Assembly: GCF_037042905.1 (NCBI RefSeq)
Contig: NC_087252.1
Span: 13,828,001 to 13,892,000, forward strand
Source: Lytechinus pictus
Lineage: Eukaryota
Length of the DNA: 64,000 nt
Direction: 5' to 3'
In this document: piece by piece, positions 13,501 to 25,700 of the stretch
How positions within the stretch are numbered: position 1 is the first letter of the stretch
Layout: every line of letters starts with the position of its first letter
The notes under the pieces: generated by a model
Told to the model about the DNA's origin: nothing
Database searches by the model: none
What the model saw: the letters and a program-made list of their open reading frames with translations, nothing else
Program-made: the position numbers and the translations under genes

Positions 13501-14518
13501 TTTTCTAAATTGTTCCAAGGTAAAACCTTTATGGGAATTTTTTATTAAATATTTCTGTATGTCTGAATTGAGAGATTTAGAATGGAGAGATATACATTTG
13601 GGATTATCTGGAAGTACGAATAGAAATAATTGTGTAAACTGTATAATCTTTTTCATCAAATATGCCATTTTCCAATCCAGAACTAATGGTCAGGTTCCTT
13701 CCTGCCATAAAATACAAAAATATATTGCGGAACGTAGGGAGGTAGAAAAATGCTTAGCTATAAAATCGGGCAAATTGATCTTTGCATGTAAGGAAATGGG
13801 AAGAACTGAAGGTGAATGAGGCAGTGAATGCAAACAGGTGTGAAGCGTCTGCTGGTGCTGTGAGTATGTAATGGTATGTCCGCGTGTGAATGCGAGTGTG
13901 CAATGGTATATGTCCGCGTGTGAATGTGAGTGCTTGCTGCCAGGGATGGGGGGGGGGGGGGGTCTTCCTATCTCCATGGTTAGCAAAATATATGTTTGAG
14001 TAGATCCAAAAAGAAAGAATATTTTGTTTGGGGTGTGGAAAAGGTTTTGTTTGTTTCATTTTGTTGATGTTGTGTTTTGTTTTGTTTTCGTGTGTGCTTT
14101 ATATATAAAATTTTTATTCAGATCATTGTATACTTTCTAAGAATAAACATAGAGACTTTTTTTTTCTGTATTGTCTTACAAAAGTTGGAGAAATGAATAT
14201 ACATGTATAAGTACTTTTTTTTTTATTATGGGATAACCTCTTCACTTAAAAAAGTCTGTACTTTTGATTTTTCATCATACAATACGGTATTATTATACAG
14301 TAAATACATGTGAAATTACGAGGTTTTTGTTATTGGTATTATGGGTTATGATAATATTTGTTCGAAAAATTTGTATCAAGATGTATATTATTTCATTTGT
14401 TATATTGCTGTATAAGTGTACTTCACTTTAATTTGCATACATATATTTGATTTATTACCCTTGTACATGAAAAATGTAATAGTATCTGAATAAAGGCTAA
14501 AAAAGCAAGGAAAAAAAA
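10589..14518 (+). mobile_element. 5'-truncated L1/Tx1-clade LINE with disrupted ORF2
   Basis: APE C-terminus (DIWRRMNP, SRLDYW, PDHSGV), RT motifs (KTPGNDG, YRPITLLNVDYKI, DFEKAFDSV, RGVRQGDPLSP, YADD), CCHC knuckle CSFC..HIFLNC, then 3' UTR, AATAAA and A-rich tail. Stops at 10940, 11450 and 11977 plus frameshifts. GTGTGTGA lies on both sides. Confidence 0.92.
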
Positions 14519-14687
14519 GTGTGTGAGGGGTGGTGTGTGTCTGTATCTCTCTCTCTCTCTCTCTATCTACATTATATATATTACCATTTGGGAATTCGAA
14601 TTGTCATTTCATGCATTAGATCGAGTTATTCTGTCTTTGGGTGTGTGTGGTGAGGGTGGACTCTGGTGATTGAAACTCGACTTGCGG

Positions 14688-14697
14688 GGGAATTTCC
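14688..14697 (+). promoter_or_regulatory. Candidate NF-kB site GGGAATTTCC
   Basis: Exact match to the GGGRNWYYCC consensus about 0.98 kb upstream of the receptor ATG; function untested. Confidence 0.25.
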
Positions 14698-15670
14698 TCT
14701 TGGGCAGATTATTGTCTCACTCAATGAAATGTGAGCGCGAAGCATGAGCGATTATTATTTTGATAATGACCTGATTTTAGAACAATTATTAGTCGATTGT
14801 TTCATTCAATTTTCTTCCTTTACCTATCCCTTTTCTTCGTTTGCTCCTCTCCTTCCCTTTTCACTCCTCTTTTTGTGTTTGAAAACAAGGTGTTTGCACA
14901 GACCCCATACCCCTCCCCCACCCTGGCCACAGCCTGTTGACACACATGCATATTAACTGCAGTAGTCTTGTGCTATTCACAGACAAATTATATACCATCA
15001 TGTTCATCACACTTGGGGACAGGGGGACGCGTTCCCCTGAAATATTAAGGTTGAAGGATAAAATGGATTATGGATGGTGTACACCTAAGAAGTTTATTTT
15101 AGGTTTTAAAACAAGCATCAAACTTTATGATTATCTTTGTTGCACTGTCCCCTCGCTTGATTCCTTGGTGTTCGTTGATGGGGCTGATTTGGGGGATAAT
15201 AACATGATGCACTTTTTGGAAGTTTTGTTTATTACTCATTCAATAATCTACTCATTTAGATCATTCATAATTTTAGGGGAAAGAAAGTCTTTGTATAAAC
15301 AAAGGTTGTATCATCAGACTTTCCGCATGTTCAAAGTGGTGCACAGGTATATGCTCCATTGAACGCGAAATAGCAGGGGAAAAATTCCCTGAGAGAAAAA
15401 ATTATTTTACAAAATATGCTCACTCATGCGTGTGCTGCTTTTATGACGCAAATTGATAGTTTGTATTATATTTGATCACCTATGGTGCCTTGTCTGTATC
15501 AAGCTCTGTATGGCACATTCAGATGTGTTGAAAGTCTACATGCCTGTAGAATGTAGTCATACCATTGTACTTTGCTATGCACATTTGGCATTGAATCGAG
15601 TGCCTTGTACTACTTGCGTGCAATAACGTATCATTTCTCATCCAATCTGATATCTCTTGCACATTTCGAA

Positions 15671-15740
15671 ATGGCTCTGATAAACGTTTCACGTTTGACT
15701 GTGATAGGAGTCCTATCTATATTCTCCTGCTTCATTCAAG
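15671..15740 (+). CDS. Receptor coding exon 1: signal peptide MALINVSRLTVIGVLSIFSCFIQ(G)
   Basis: GAAATGG start context, hydrophobic core, donor AAG|GTAAAT, phase 1; joins exon 2 to give a ...IQGTLA/SD cleavage-like site. Too short for the ORF track. Confidence 0.8.
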
Positions 15741-16837
15741 GTAAATAAAGCGTCTTTTCCCAATTTGAGCAAACTGTCTGAAACGTGGAGATTTCCGAAA
15801 TATAGGCCAATATCTTTTAAAGGTAATATCGTATTTTCAAGTTCATCCCAACAAAGAGTTGATTTTAATAACAAGGAGAAACACAACAAGCATAACACTG
15901 GACATTTGAACACAAGTCAGGTGTAAAATAAGAAAGATATCACTGATATTTTATGTTCCGCTTGATCTCACCGCAAATCATGTTCAATGTGCCTATGAGG
16001 GCACTAATGACGTCACCCACTTTTGTTGCTTTTAGTATATGAAATGTGAAATATTATAATTTTCTCCCCTCCGCTTTGTCACGTGAAACATAATTTTATT
16101 ACTCTCTGAACATGATGTACTTTCGTTGTTGTAGCATTTCATGGGTTAGGCAAGTTTGTCCGTATTGTCAGATCTGTGAAAATTAAAATATGATTTAATT
16201 CAAATAATAAAACAAAAAAGAAATAGCGGGTGAGGGTCATCATCTGCTCTCTGATTTGAATGCTTGTAACTGAGTTTTACAATATTGTTTTGTGAAAAAG
16301 CTAAACTTTCAACAACAACAAAAACCCTTTGTTTTACAACCGATTGTGACGAAATTTACAGCTTTTGTTTGATTTTTCTCTATCGACTTGAATCAATATT
16401 TTCTGGAATGGACCTGACCTTTAACGTGGATAAACATTTTTATCATGCATTTATGGAAACGAAATCACCAGCGTCATTTGAATTATATATACAGAATGGT
16501 ACATTCGTGGATGAAGTAATTGTTGTTTTTCCTCTAGTCGGACTTTCAAATCACATCTCCATCGGAATAAAAGTAGGCTGTAAACAGGAGATTTTTAGAT
16601 AACATATTTTATGTGCTCGTTTATTCCCTTTCTCAATATGAATAACAATAATTTTGGTCTTTGGTCAGACAGTCCGAGAACTATGTGTGCGTCCAAAAGT
16701 CCGCTTATTAGCTAGGGCCATTATGGTATGGCCACATCCCACCGACATTTTAATTGCAGTAAATTTACAGTCAGAGTTGATATCAGTTACATTATTAATT
16801 CTACAATAAAAGCTTTGTAATTGCTCCCATAAAATAG

Positions 16838-17188
16838 GTACATTAGCCTCGGATGTACCCGACGATACCGTGTACACTGATGGACAGAAAACGGTACGGA
16901 AGGGAGACAGCGTTGTCCTTACATGTCGGTTTCGAGGGACACCATATGCTGTTTACTGGAAGAAAGGTGATGACCCAAGAAGTGCGCCAAACCTTGTATC
17001 ATGGATTCCTACGGATGACGTCACGGGTAAATGTGAAGGTCAAAGGCCATGTGAGATCATGGAGATGAATGAAGATCGATCTTTGGTCATTAAAGAAGTC
17101 AGCATTGCAGAGGAAGGTCGATACATTTGCAGAGTATCGAACTACCAGGGAAACCTCATTCACAACTTTACAGATATCCGTGTATTTT
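16838..17188 (+). CDS. Receptor exon 2: V-type immunoglobulin domain
   Basis: Acceptor ATAG|GT, donor T|GTAAGT; GDSVVLTCRF..VYWKK..SLVIKEVSIAEEGRYICRV gives the canonical Ig C-W-C and (D/E)xGxYxC pattern. Confidence 0.93.
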
Positions 17189-20100
17189 GTAAGTGATTTT
17201 ACCACTACTATCGGTGATATAAGAGATCAGATGATTTTAATATCTAATTTTCTATAAATCCTTGAACAGTCATTATGAAACGTGTAATTCTCATTTTGAT
17301 TTCAAGTTGTTTTGTACATGCACTTCACCAATCTGTATGACTCTCTTGCATGCAGATAAAATGCAACAACATTTGCGACCAGCCACCTCTAAGTCAACAA
17401 TAAGTCGCCCATTTTTATTGAGGTTGAAAAAAGGTCATTCTAAGCTCTAAAATGACTTATTTATTAACAATAAGCCACACTTTATTGAATGCTGAAGAAC
17501 ACTGTGCAATCTTGGTGAAGCTTCCAAGCATTCTGAAAAAATTACAAAAAAATATCGTGTATCTTATTTTCTATTCAGCGTTACAACTTAAATTTTTTAC
17601 CGTATGAAGAAGAATTATTTTTTCAGATAATGATCGGATTTCCGCTTTTTGAACACCAAATTACCATTCGTGGTATTTACATAGAAACTTCCCTGGCAAC
17701 TTATTGAAAAGTTTGGGATGGCTGGTCACATTTGTATATTGTTCAAAAGGTTGTAAACGAAAAAGGCGAGAATGAAATACGGCTCGAATTGCAGAGTTGT
17801 CATTGTCATCAATCAAGATGGGCAGAAGGCATAGGGAATTATCAACGGTTAAAAATTCTAGGCGAAGTCTCTCATTTTTGTGTTCTAAATAGCTCGCCTA
17901 AAATATACCTTTTGGAATAACTATTGGAAAGACAGGGGAATAAATCAACCTAGCTTATCATTTCATTTGTTTAAAGATAAACAAAACTGTTTTTAAGAAT
18001 TAAAACACTTGTTTTGCTACTTGGTAACACAACTATTGTGGTATTGATATGTTGATTTAAAGTGTCGATTTAGAGTTGCTTTATGGAGTAGGAACCTGAC
18101 CAGATTTGATTAATTGAGAACTATAGGTTTAGTCCACCCCAGGCAAATGTTGATTTGAATCAATAAAGAAAAATCAAACAAGCATAGTGCTGAAATTTTC
18201 AACATACTCGGATGTAAAAGACAAAAGTTTTGACATTTTAATTTTTCGCTGATTTTTTGCACAAGTCATTGAAATGCAAGTGAGAAAGTTTATGAAGTCT
18301 CTCACTATTTGTTTTGTTTTTGTTTGAATTATACAGTATTTCAATTTCTAGAGATTTGACAGTAATGGCCAACTTGATTCAACCTTGAACTGATAAAACA
18401 ATGGCAATTCCACATATTCAGAGAGGAATAAAAAAATTGTTTCACACAATGAGGATAAAAAATCATTATCTTTTTAGAATCTTTCATGTTTCATGTGATA
18501 AAATACAAAAGTATTAATGAGTTAGTGATGCCATCTGTCATCATTTGCATACCAACCAGGATGTGCATGTAACTGGTTATTGAAAAAAGCGAACCTTTAT
18601 AATTTCATAACCTCACTAGTGTACATCCAATTTTTATGACAATGTTGGATTTTCCCCTTTTTATTAAAATTAAATCAAATTTGTGTGGGTAGACTTGTTC
18701 TTTAAGTCGTTGGTATCTGCTCTAATAATTCTGACATAAAAAACATGCTTCCGCCCAAAAATATTATAAAAGAAGGAAGCGAAGTGGAACGATGGGGTGT
18801 GGCAAAATTGATATGAAAGTTATATCCGAGAGTAAGGTTTTCAAGATTTTATCTAATCTAAGTTGCATTAGCAACTTAGACATTTTAGATTTGATAGTGA
18901 ACTCCTTAATAAATCATCATCTGTCTTACGTCGTTGACCTGTTTATATTTTCGTTTACTCTTTGAAAAATGGAATAGTATCTTATGACTGTAATTTTTCA
19001 AGAGTAAAACCCAAAAAGAATAGGGATCCAGGGATTCATGTTCAGTTCATAGATTGGTTTCAGTTTTATGCCATCTTGACAAAATTCCCATGATTACGGA
19101 AAAATTGCTTTCACTTTTATTCAATTTACAATGATTTGATAACTTCTGATCAGTCTACTTTTTTCAAAACATCACTATACAGTAGGTAGTCTCCATCGTG
19201 TTATAGATGACTGGTACGATGCACTTAATAATCACGAAATAGAAGGCGCTGTTTTCTTTAGACATATCAAAGTACTTTGACACAGTTAATCATGAAATGT
19301 TGTTATTTAAATTTGAAAAGTATGTGATTTCTTGTACTGAACTCTTATGGTTCGAAAGTTACTTGACAAATCTGAAGCATTCAATAAGATATCATGGCAA
19401 ACAATCGAACCATATTGACTTAACTGTCGGATTCCACAGGGGGAATAGTAGGCCAGGATTAATTCTTAGTACCTATAAATTATATTGTGCCAAGCATTTC
19501 GACTGCAGCAGTATGTAATATATTTTTTCTGAGGATGTTATTGTGCACAATACTGTCTCTAAGTTAAGTAACATGCAACGCGATTTACAGATATGTTTAC
19601 ATGAAATTGATAAGTGGTGTAATAAAATTGTTTAAAGATTATTATTGATAAAACAAACATAATGCTTATTTCAACCCGTTATTAAAAAAAGAAAACTTGA
19701 TGTAAATTTCTTTATGGCGAGCAACTCAAACAAGTTAATTCTGTAAGATGTAATTCTGGCGTTGAAGTTGATAATAATGTCATATGGAATATGTTCATGT
19801 CAAACATCTCTGCAGATCAATATCATTTATGTTACATGTTCTAAGGCAATTAAGTTCAACACTGAAAACATATTTACTGGACATTTTATATAACAACTAA
19901 TCAGGCATGTAATGATTATGTTTGTTCAGTTTGGAAATATTGTTTATTAAAGCCATAGGAACTTATCATGTAATGAAGGAATATGATATTTCTATAAGTT
20001 GTAGGGGAAGGCGGGATAAGTTGAGCATAGGGGCAAGTTGAGGCATCACCCACATGCTAATAATGAATGAGTTAGACATTGTGGTGGTGTCATTTATTGA

Positions 20101-20340
20101 TGACCCATTGCATAACCTTCAACCCCACCACATTGTTTTCAACTTTGAAACAAAAAGTACTTTTTTAGAGTGAAAAATACAAATTTCAGCCAAAAAAGTA
20201 AAAAAGGGTGTGAAATAGATAAGTGCTTTTTACCACACACGTCTTTAAATATATTATAGAAATAAGAACAATATTGTTAGTCCAGGTATGGATTCTACGA
20301 AGCCCCAAACCGGACATTTTTGACAACGAAAAAAAAATAA

Positions 20341-20492
20341 ATTATTACGTACGTACGTGGTATTATTACGTACGTACGTAGTATTATTACGTACGTACGT
20401 AGTATTATTACGTACGTACGTAATATTTATTACGTACGTACGTAGTAGTATTATTACGTACGTACGTAATAATACCACGCACGCACGTAATA
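20341..20492. repeat. Subterminal array of about 20-bp units built on palindromic TACGTACGTACGTA (also 24541-24655 and 26097-26353)
   Basis: Read directly; units separated only by short A/T-rich linkers. Confidence 0.95.
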
Positions 20493-20524
20493 AGCACCTC
20501 GCCGAACCTGTCGGGGAACCTGTA

Positions 20525-22286
20525 CAGTGCGTCCCAGAAAAAACGAAACCGAGATTTAGCGATGATTTATCATAACTTAGTCACAAATACAATAGACAAA
20601 TGACCTACCATTGTAAAGCTTAGAATCTCCTCTTTCATCCGAAATTACTTAGATTATTCCTCATTCACGCATGAGTGAGCAAAAACAATTTGAAGAGGGG
20701 ATACCAAAAAGTAATTTGGCGGGCTGTATCTGGGTTTCAAAAAGAAAACCACATTTCTAAAAAGTTAAATATCTGCTCTTTAATTTGATACCTCAATTAC
20801 AGAAAATGGTCAAGAAATAGGAAAGTTCTGGTTATTTGAAATAAGGCTTGAATTTCAATAATTTCATAAAATGAAGAGGTTTTACAGGCTAGCGTTCAAA
20901 CTCACTCGGCACTCCGTTTTGTTGACGATCAGCCATGCATGAAGTCTTTTGTTAACCATGCGATAGCTTCTGTGAGAAACCGGTGAAAACACGTTTATTT
21001 AATGAAATTATGGAAATACAAGCATTGTTTCGAGGGAACGTAACTTTTTTACTTCTTGACCATTTTTGTCTCACCTGCATAGCAGAGTGAGACTATAGGC
21101 GCCGCTTTTCCGACGGCGACGGCGACGGCGGCGGCGGCGTCAACACCAAATCTTAACCTGAGGTTAAGTTTTTGAAATGACAGCATAACTTAGAAAGTAT
21201 ATGGACCTAGTTCATGAAACTTGGCCATAAGGTTAATCAAGTATTACTGAACATCCTGCCTGAGTTTCATGTCACATGACCAAGGTCAAAGGTCATTTAG
21301 GGTCAATGAACTTAGACCATGTTGGGGGAATCAACATCAAAATCTTAACCTAAGGTTAAGTTTTTGAAATGTCATCATAACTTAGAAAATATATGGACCT
21401 AGTTCATGAAACTTATACATAAGGTTAATCAAGTATCACTGAACATCCTGCATGAGTTTCACGTCACATGACCAAGGTCAAAGGTCATTTAGGGTCAATG
21501 AACTTTGGCCGAATTGGGGGTATCTGTTGAATTACCATCATAACTTTGAAAGTTTATGGATCTGATTCATGAAACTTGGACATAATAGTAATCAAGTATT
21601 ACTGAACATCCTGTGCAAGTTTCAGGTCACATGATCAAGGTCAAAGGTCATTTAGGGTCAATGAACTTTGGCCAAATTGGGGTATTTGTTGAATTACAGC
21701 CATAAATTTGAAAGTGTGTTGGTCTAGTTCATAAAACTTGGACATAATAGTAATCAAGTATCACTGAACATCCTGTGCGAGTTTCAGGTCACATGATCAA
21801 GGTCAAAGAACTTTGGCCACGTTGGGGGTATTTGTTGAATTGCCATCATATCTCTATAAGTGTATTGGTCTAGTTCATAAAACGTGGAAATAAGAGTAAC
21901 CAAGTATCACTGAACATCTTGTGCGAGTTATAGTAGTTTTCAAAATCAGCACTGCTGCTATATTGAATCGCGTGATGCAGGTGAGACGGCCAGAGGCATT
22001 CCACTTGTTTGTGATTAAGGTATCAAATTAAAGAGCAGATATTGAACTTTTTAGGCATGTGGTTTTCTTTTTAAAATTCAGATACCCCCCGCCAAATGAG
22101 TTTTTGGTATCCTTTCTTCAAATTGTTTTTGCTCACTCATGCGTGAATGAGGAATAATCTAAGTAATATCAGATGAAAGAGGAGATTCTAAGCTTTACAT
22201 TGGTAGGTCATTTGTCTATTGTATTTGTGATTAAATTATGATAAATCATCGCTAAATCTCGGTTTCGCTTTTTCTGGGACGCATTG
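20525..22286. mobile_element. Tc1/mariner-like MITE with long inverted arms, interrupted by a Helentron-like element
   Basis: TA|CAGTGCGTCCCAGAAAAA ... TTTTTCTGGGACGCATTG|TA; arms match over more than 250 bp; degraded relative at about 52171-52916. Confidence 0.85.
21063..22009 (+). mobile_element. Helentron-associated non-autonomous element (HINE; DINE-1/pearl/Tsp-like layout)
   Basis: T-rich ends, subterminal IR GTCTCACCTGCA / TGCAGGTGAGAC, short 5' hairpin, (GGC/GAC)n microsatellite, 3-4 tandem core units containing GGTCAAAGGTCATTTAGGGTCAATGAACT; no TSD. Confidence 0.75.
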
Positions 22287-22607
22287 TATAATGGGGTTTG
22301 GATTAATATATGGATCTGGGATATGGATGTCAATTTTTTTTCATTCTATTTCGATTTCCCCGCCTTTTGAGGGCTTTTGTGACTCCGGGGTGTGACTACA
22401 TATTCACATTACAGCACATAGAATGATTGCTATGTGATTTGCTGGACGATACGAGAGGGGGGCGGGGGTCACCTCTCCCATAATACACTGTACGTGTGAT
22501 CGAGCTTTGTAGTCAGTTTGTGGCGTGGCAAGAATCAAAATTAACTATATTGTACGGTCGAAGAAACATCGCCATAAAAATCCAGGGGCCAGCATAGGCA
22601 GATCCAG

Positions 22608-22763
22608 GGGAGCGTTTCATCATTATTTTCATCCGACAAGTTGACAGATCTGACACCTTTCCATGATTTTGATTGGCTGAGAGGCACTGTTCCTATGGTA
22701 ACTGTCGGATAAAATGGGACTTGTCGGATAAAACGTCCGACAAGTCCTTTCATGAAACGCCCC
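22608..22763. mobile_element. About 156 bp MITE (PIF/Harbinger-like) with CAG TSD
   Basis: CAG|GGGAGCGTTTCAT ... ATGAAACGCCCC|CAG; the empty site is preserved in the inverted arm near 25700 (CCACCTGGATC). Confidence 0.8.
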
Positions 22764-25700
22764 CAGGTGGTAAAGGGATCGCCCCTCCTTCATTGGCGAC
22801 GCGAAAAAAGGGGGAAAGAAAAAAAAGGAAAGGATTTTTAAAAGAGGCAAATAAGACTGATAGGGAGACGAGTGAATGTAAATAAGGTGAGGGGAAAACT
22901 TTGAAAGTAAAAAAATTCTTGATCAGCTACAGTACATAATTTTTTTGTTCTTGCTCTGCGCTCTCATTGCCTGTTATGAGATGGGCCTACATATCTTGCT
23001 CAACAGGCTAAAATGGAGATAGACAAAACATATTCAGCTCGGATATCGAGCTTTTATTTATTTTGTGTTATTTACAAATTGATTTTTTTAAGTGCTCTGT
23101 ATTTTGTTTAATGGTCTGCATCTCAAAATATCTCAGCTCGAGCTTCGCCCTCGCGCATTATTCATGTGGGGAAAAAACCATCCTTTTCATGAAAATATGA
23201 ATAGAGTAGGCCTATCCTGTTTTGGGGATTCAAATTTCAAACTTTGCGCTCGCATCAATCTGCCTATATCATGTTCATAATTATTTTTTAAAAAAAGTGC
23301 CTAGAATGTCCAGTTTTTAGGTCCGAATATCGATTTTTTTTTGCATTTTAAAAGGGCACCAACAAAAGTTTAAGATTTAGAATTAGATAGCAGTATAACT
23401 AAACAATTTATTGATGCGAGCGGAAAAATTTTGAGATCGAGATCTAAAATCTGAATATACTATATTTTTTAATTACGAAGAGGACGGTTATCTTCCTTTA
23501 TGAATAATGCGAGGGCGAAGAAATACAAATACTGCAACTAAACAATAATTGATGCGGCGAGCGCGCAGCGCGAGCGGAAAAAGTGTGAGATTTAAGAAAA
23601 CGGGATGCTTTTTTTTGTAACTATATATATATTTTAACATAGAAACGGGACATTTTTAGCACATTTTGTCATCATATGAAAAGGATAACTATTATTAGTT
23701 CCTCTACCTAAGGGCGAGCTGAAAATATTGTTGATATTCCGATCTGAAAAAAGGGACAAGGATTAGAATTCATAAAAAGGGATTTATTTCATTTAATAAC
23801 AGGCCGAATGAGAACGCGAAATTTTTGAATTCATACAGAAGTATTCTCACAAACCAAAACACGATCTTGCAGTGCTAGTTGATAATATTTTACAATCAGA
23901 CCTGAACAAAAGACCATCTTGAGAACTATATGGAATACACGAAAAAAGACCTATAGTTCACGTTTCAAATAATGCGAGTGCGCATCAGACAAAATAATGA
24001 AAGCTCCATGTCTGAAATGGAATATGTTTGTGTACTGACTTAAAATTGAATATTTTAAGCTCCATATCAACTTTTATAAATTGACCCCCTCATTCTATTC
24101 ACTCGTGACCCGTCTTCATATTTTCTTTTTACTCTCTCCTTTCCTTTTTTTCTTTCTCCCGAAGTTTTTTGTATTGCGCCGCCAATAGGAAGGGGGAGGT
24201 GGAGGCGCTGTCCTTTTCTCTTGGTTCCGCCTTTACTGACCCCTGCACTTAAAAAAATATTTTAGGATGTGGTTGATAATAGCAATGTTTCTATGAACGT
24301 ACATTATGCTAATTTTTATATTCTTGCTACTCCACAAACATGACTTAGCTCGATCACATAATGTATAAATATCATAATGCCAACACTATTATGGGAGGGG
24401 TGACCCCCCCCCCCTTAACTAGTGTCCAGCAGATCTATAGTCACAAAAGGTGTGGAAATCGAAAGATTGACATCCATCAAAAGTAGTCAAACTCTATAGT
24501 CCGACTGTTGTTCTGTTAAGAATACAGGTTCGACGAAGTGCTTATTACGTACGTACGTAATAAATAATACGTACGTACGTAATAATACTACGTACGTACG
24601 TGATAATACTACGTACGTACGTAATAAATACTACGTACGTACGTAATAATTAAATACTAAATAAATCCCTTTTGTTCAGGTCTGATTGTAAAAATGTATC
24701 AGGTAGCACTACGCGCTCGCATTTTGGTTAGTGAGAATACTTCTGTATGAATTCCAAAATTTCGCGTTCTCATTCGGCCTATTAATAAATGAAAAAAATC
24801 CTTTTTAAGAATTCATAATCCTTATTGTCTCTTTTTTCAGATCGGAATATCAACAATATTTTCAGCTCGAGCTTAATAGATACAGGAACTAATGATAGTT
24901 ATCCTTTTCATATGATGACAAAATGTGGTTAGAATGTCCGTTCCTAGGTATATAGATACAAAATAGAGTATCCCGTTTTCTTAAATCTCACACTTTTTCC
25001 GCTCGCGCTTTGCGCGCGCCGCATCAATTATTGTTTAGTTGCATTATCTGTATTCCTTCGCGCTCGCATTATTCATGAAGGAAGATAACCATCCTTTTCA
25101 TAATTACAAATATAGTATTCAGTTTTTAGATCTCAGTCTCAAACTTTTCCGCTCTCATTAATTAATTGTTTCTAAATCTTAAACTTTTGTTCGTGCCCTT
25201 TGAGATTAAAATCGCACGTACGAGCTGCAAAAAAATGATATTCGGACCTAAAACTGGATATTCTAAGCCCTTTTTATAATTATAAACATGATATAGGCAG
25301 ATTGATCCGAGCGCAAAGCGCGATCGGAAAAAAGTTTGAAATCACACAAAAATAATAAAAGCTCGATGTCCGAGCTGAATATGTTTATATTTTGACTTAA
25401 TTTTGATATTTTAATCTCCATTTCAGCCTGTTGAGCTGTCTTGAGCGTTGGGCAAGATATGTAGGCCTCATGATCTCATCGAACATGCAATGCGAGCGCG
25501 GGAGCACGAGCAAAGATTTATATACTGTAGTGACATGAATTTTTATTTTCAAAGTTTTCCCCTCACCTTATTTCATTCACTCGTCTTCCTATTCTTATTT
25601 GCCTCCTTTTAAAAATCCTTTTCTTTCCCTTCCTTTTTTTTTTTTCTTTCTTTCCCCCTTTTTTTTGCGCCGCGAATGGGGGAAGGGCGGCCCCTTTACC

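Noticed and set aside
15713..15913. Minus-strand ORF resembling a secreted peptide (MFKCPVLCLLCFSLLL)
   Set aside because: Non-ATG start, no supporting exons, and it overlaps the better-supported plus-strand signal peptide exon and its donor.
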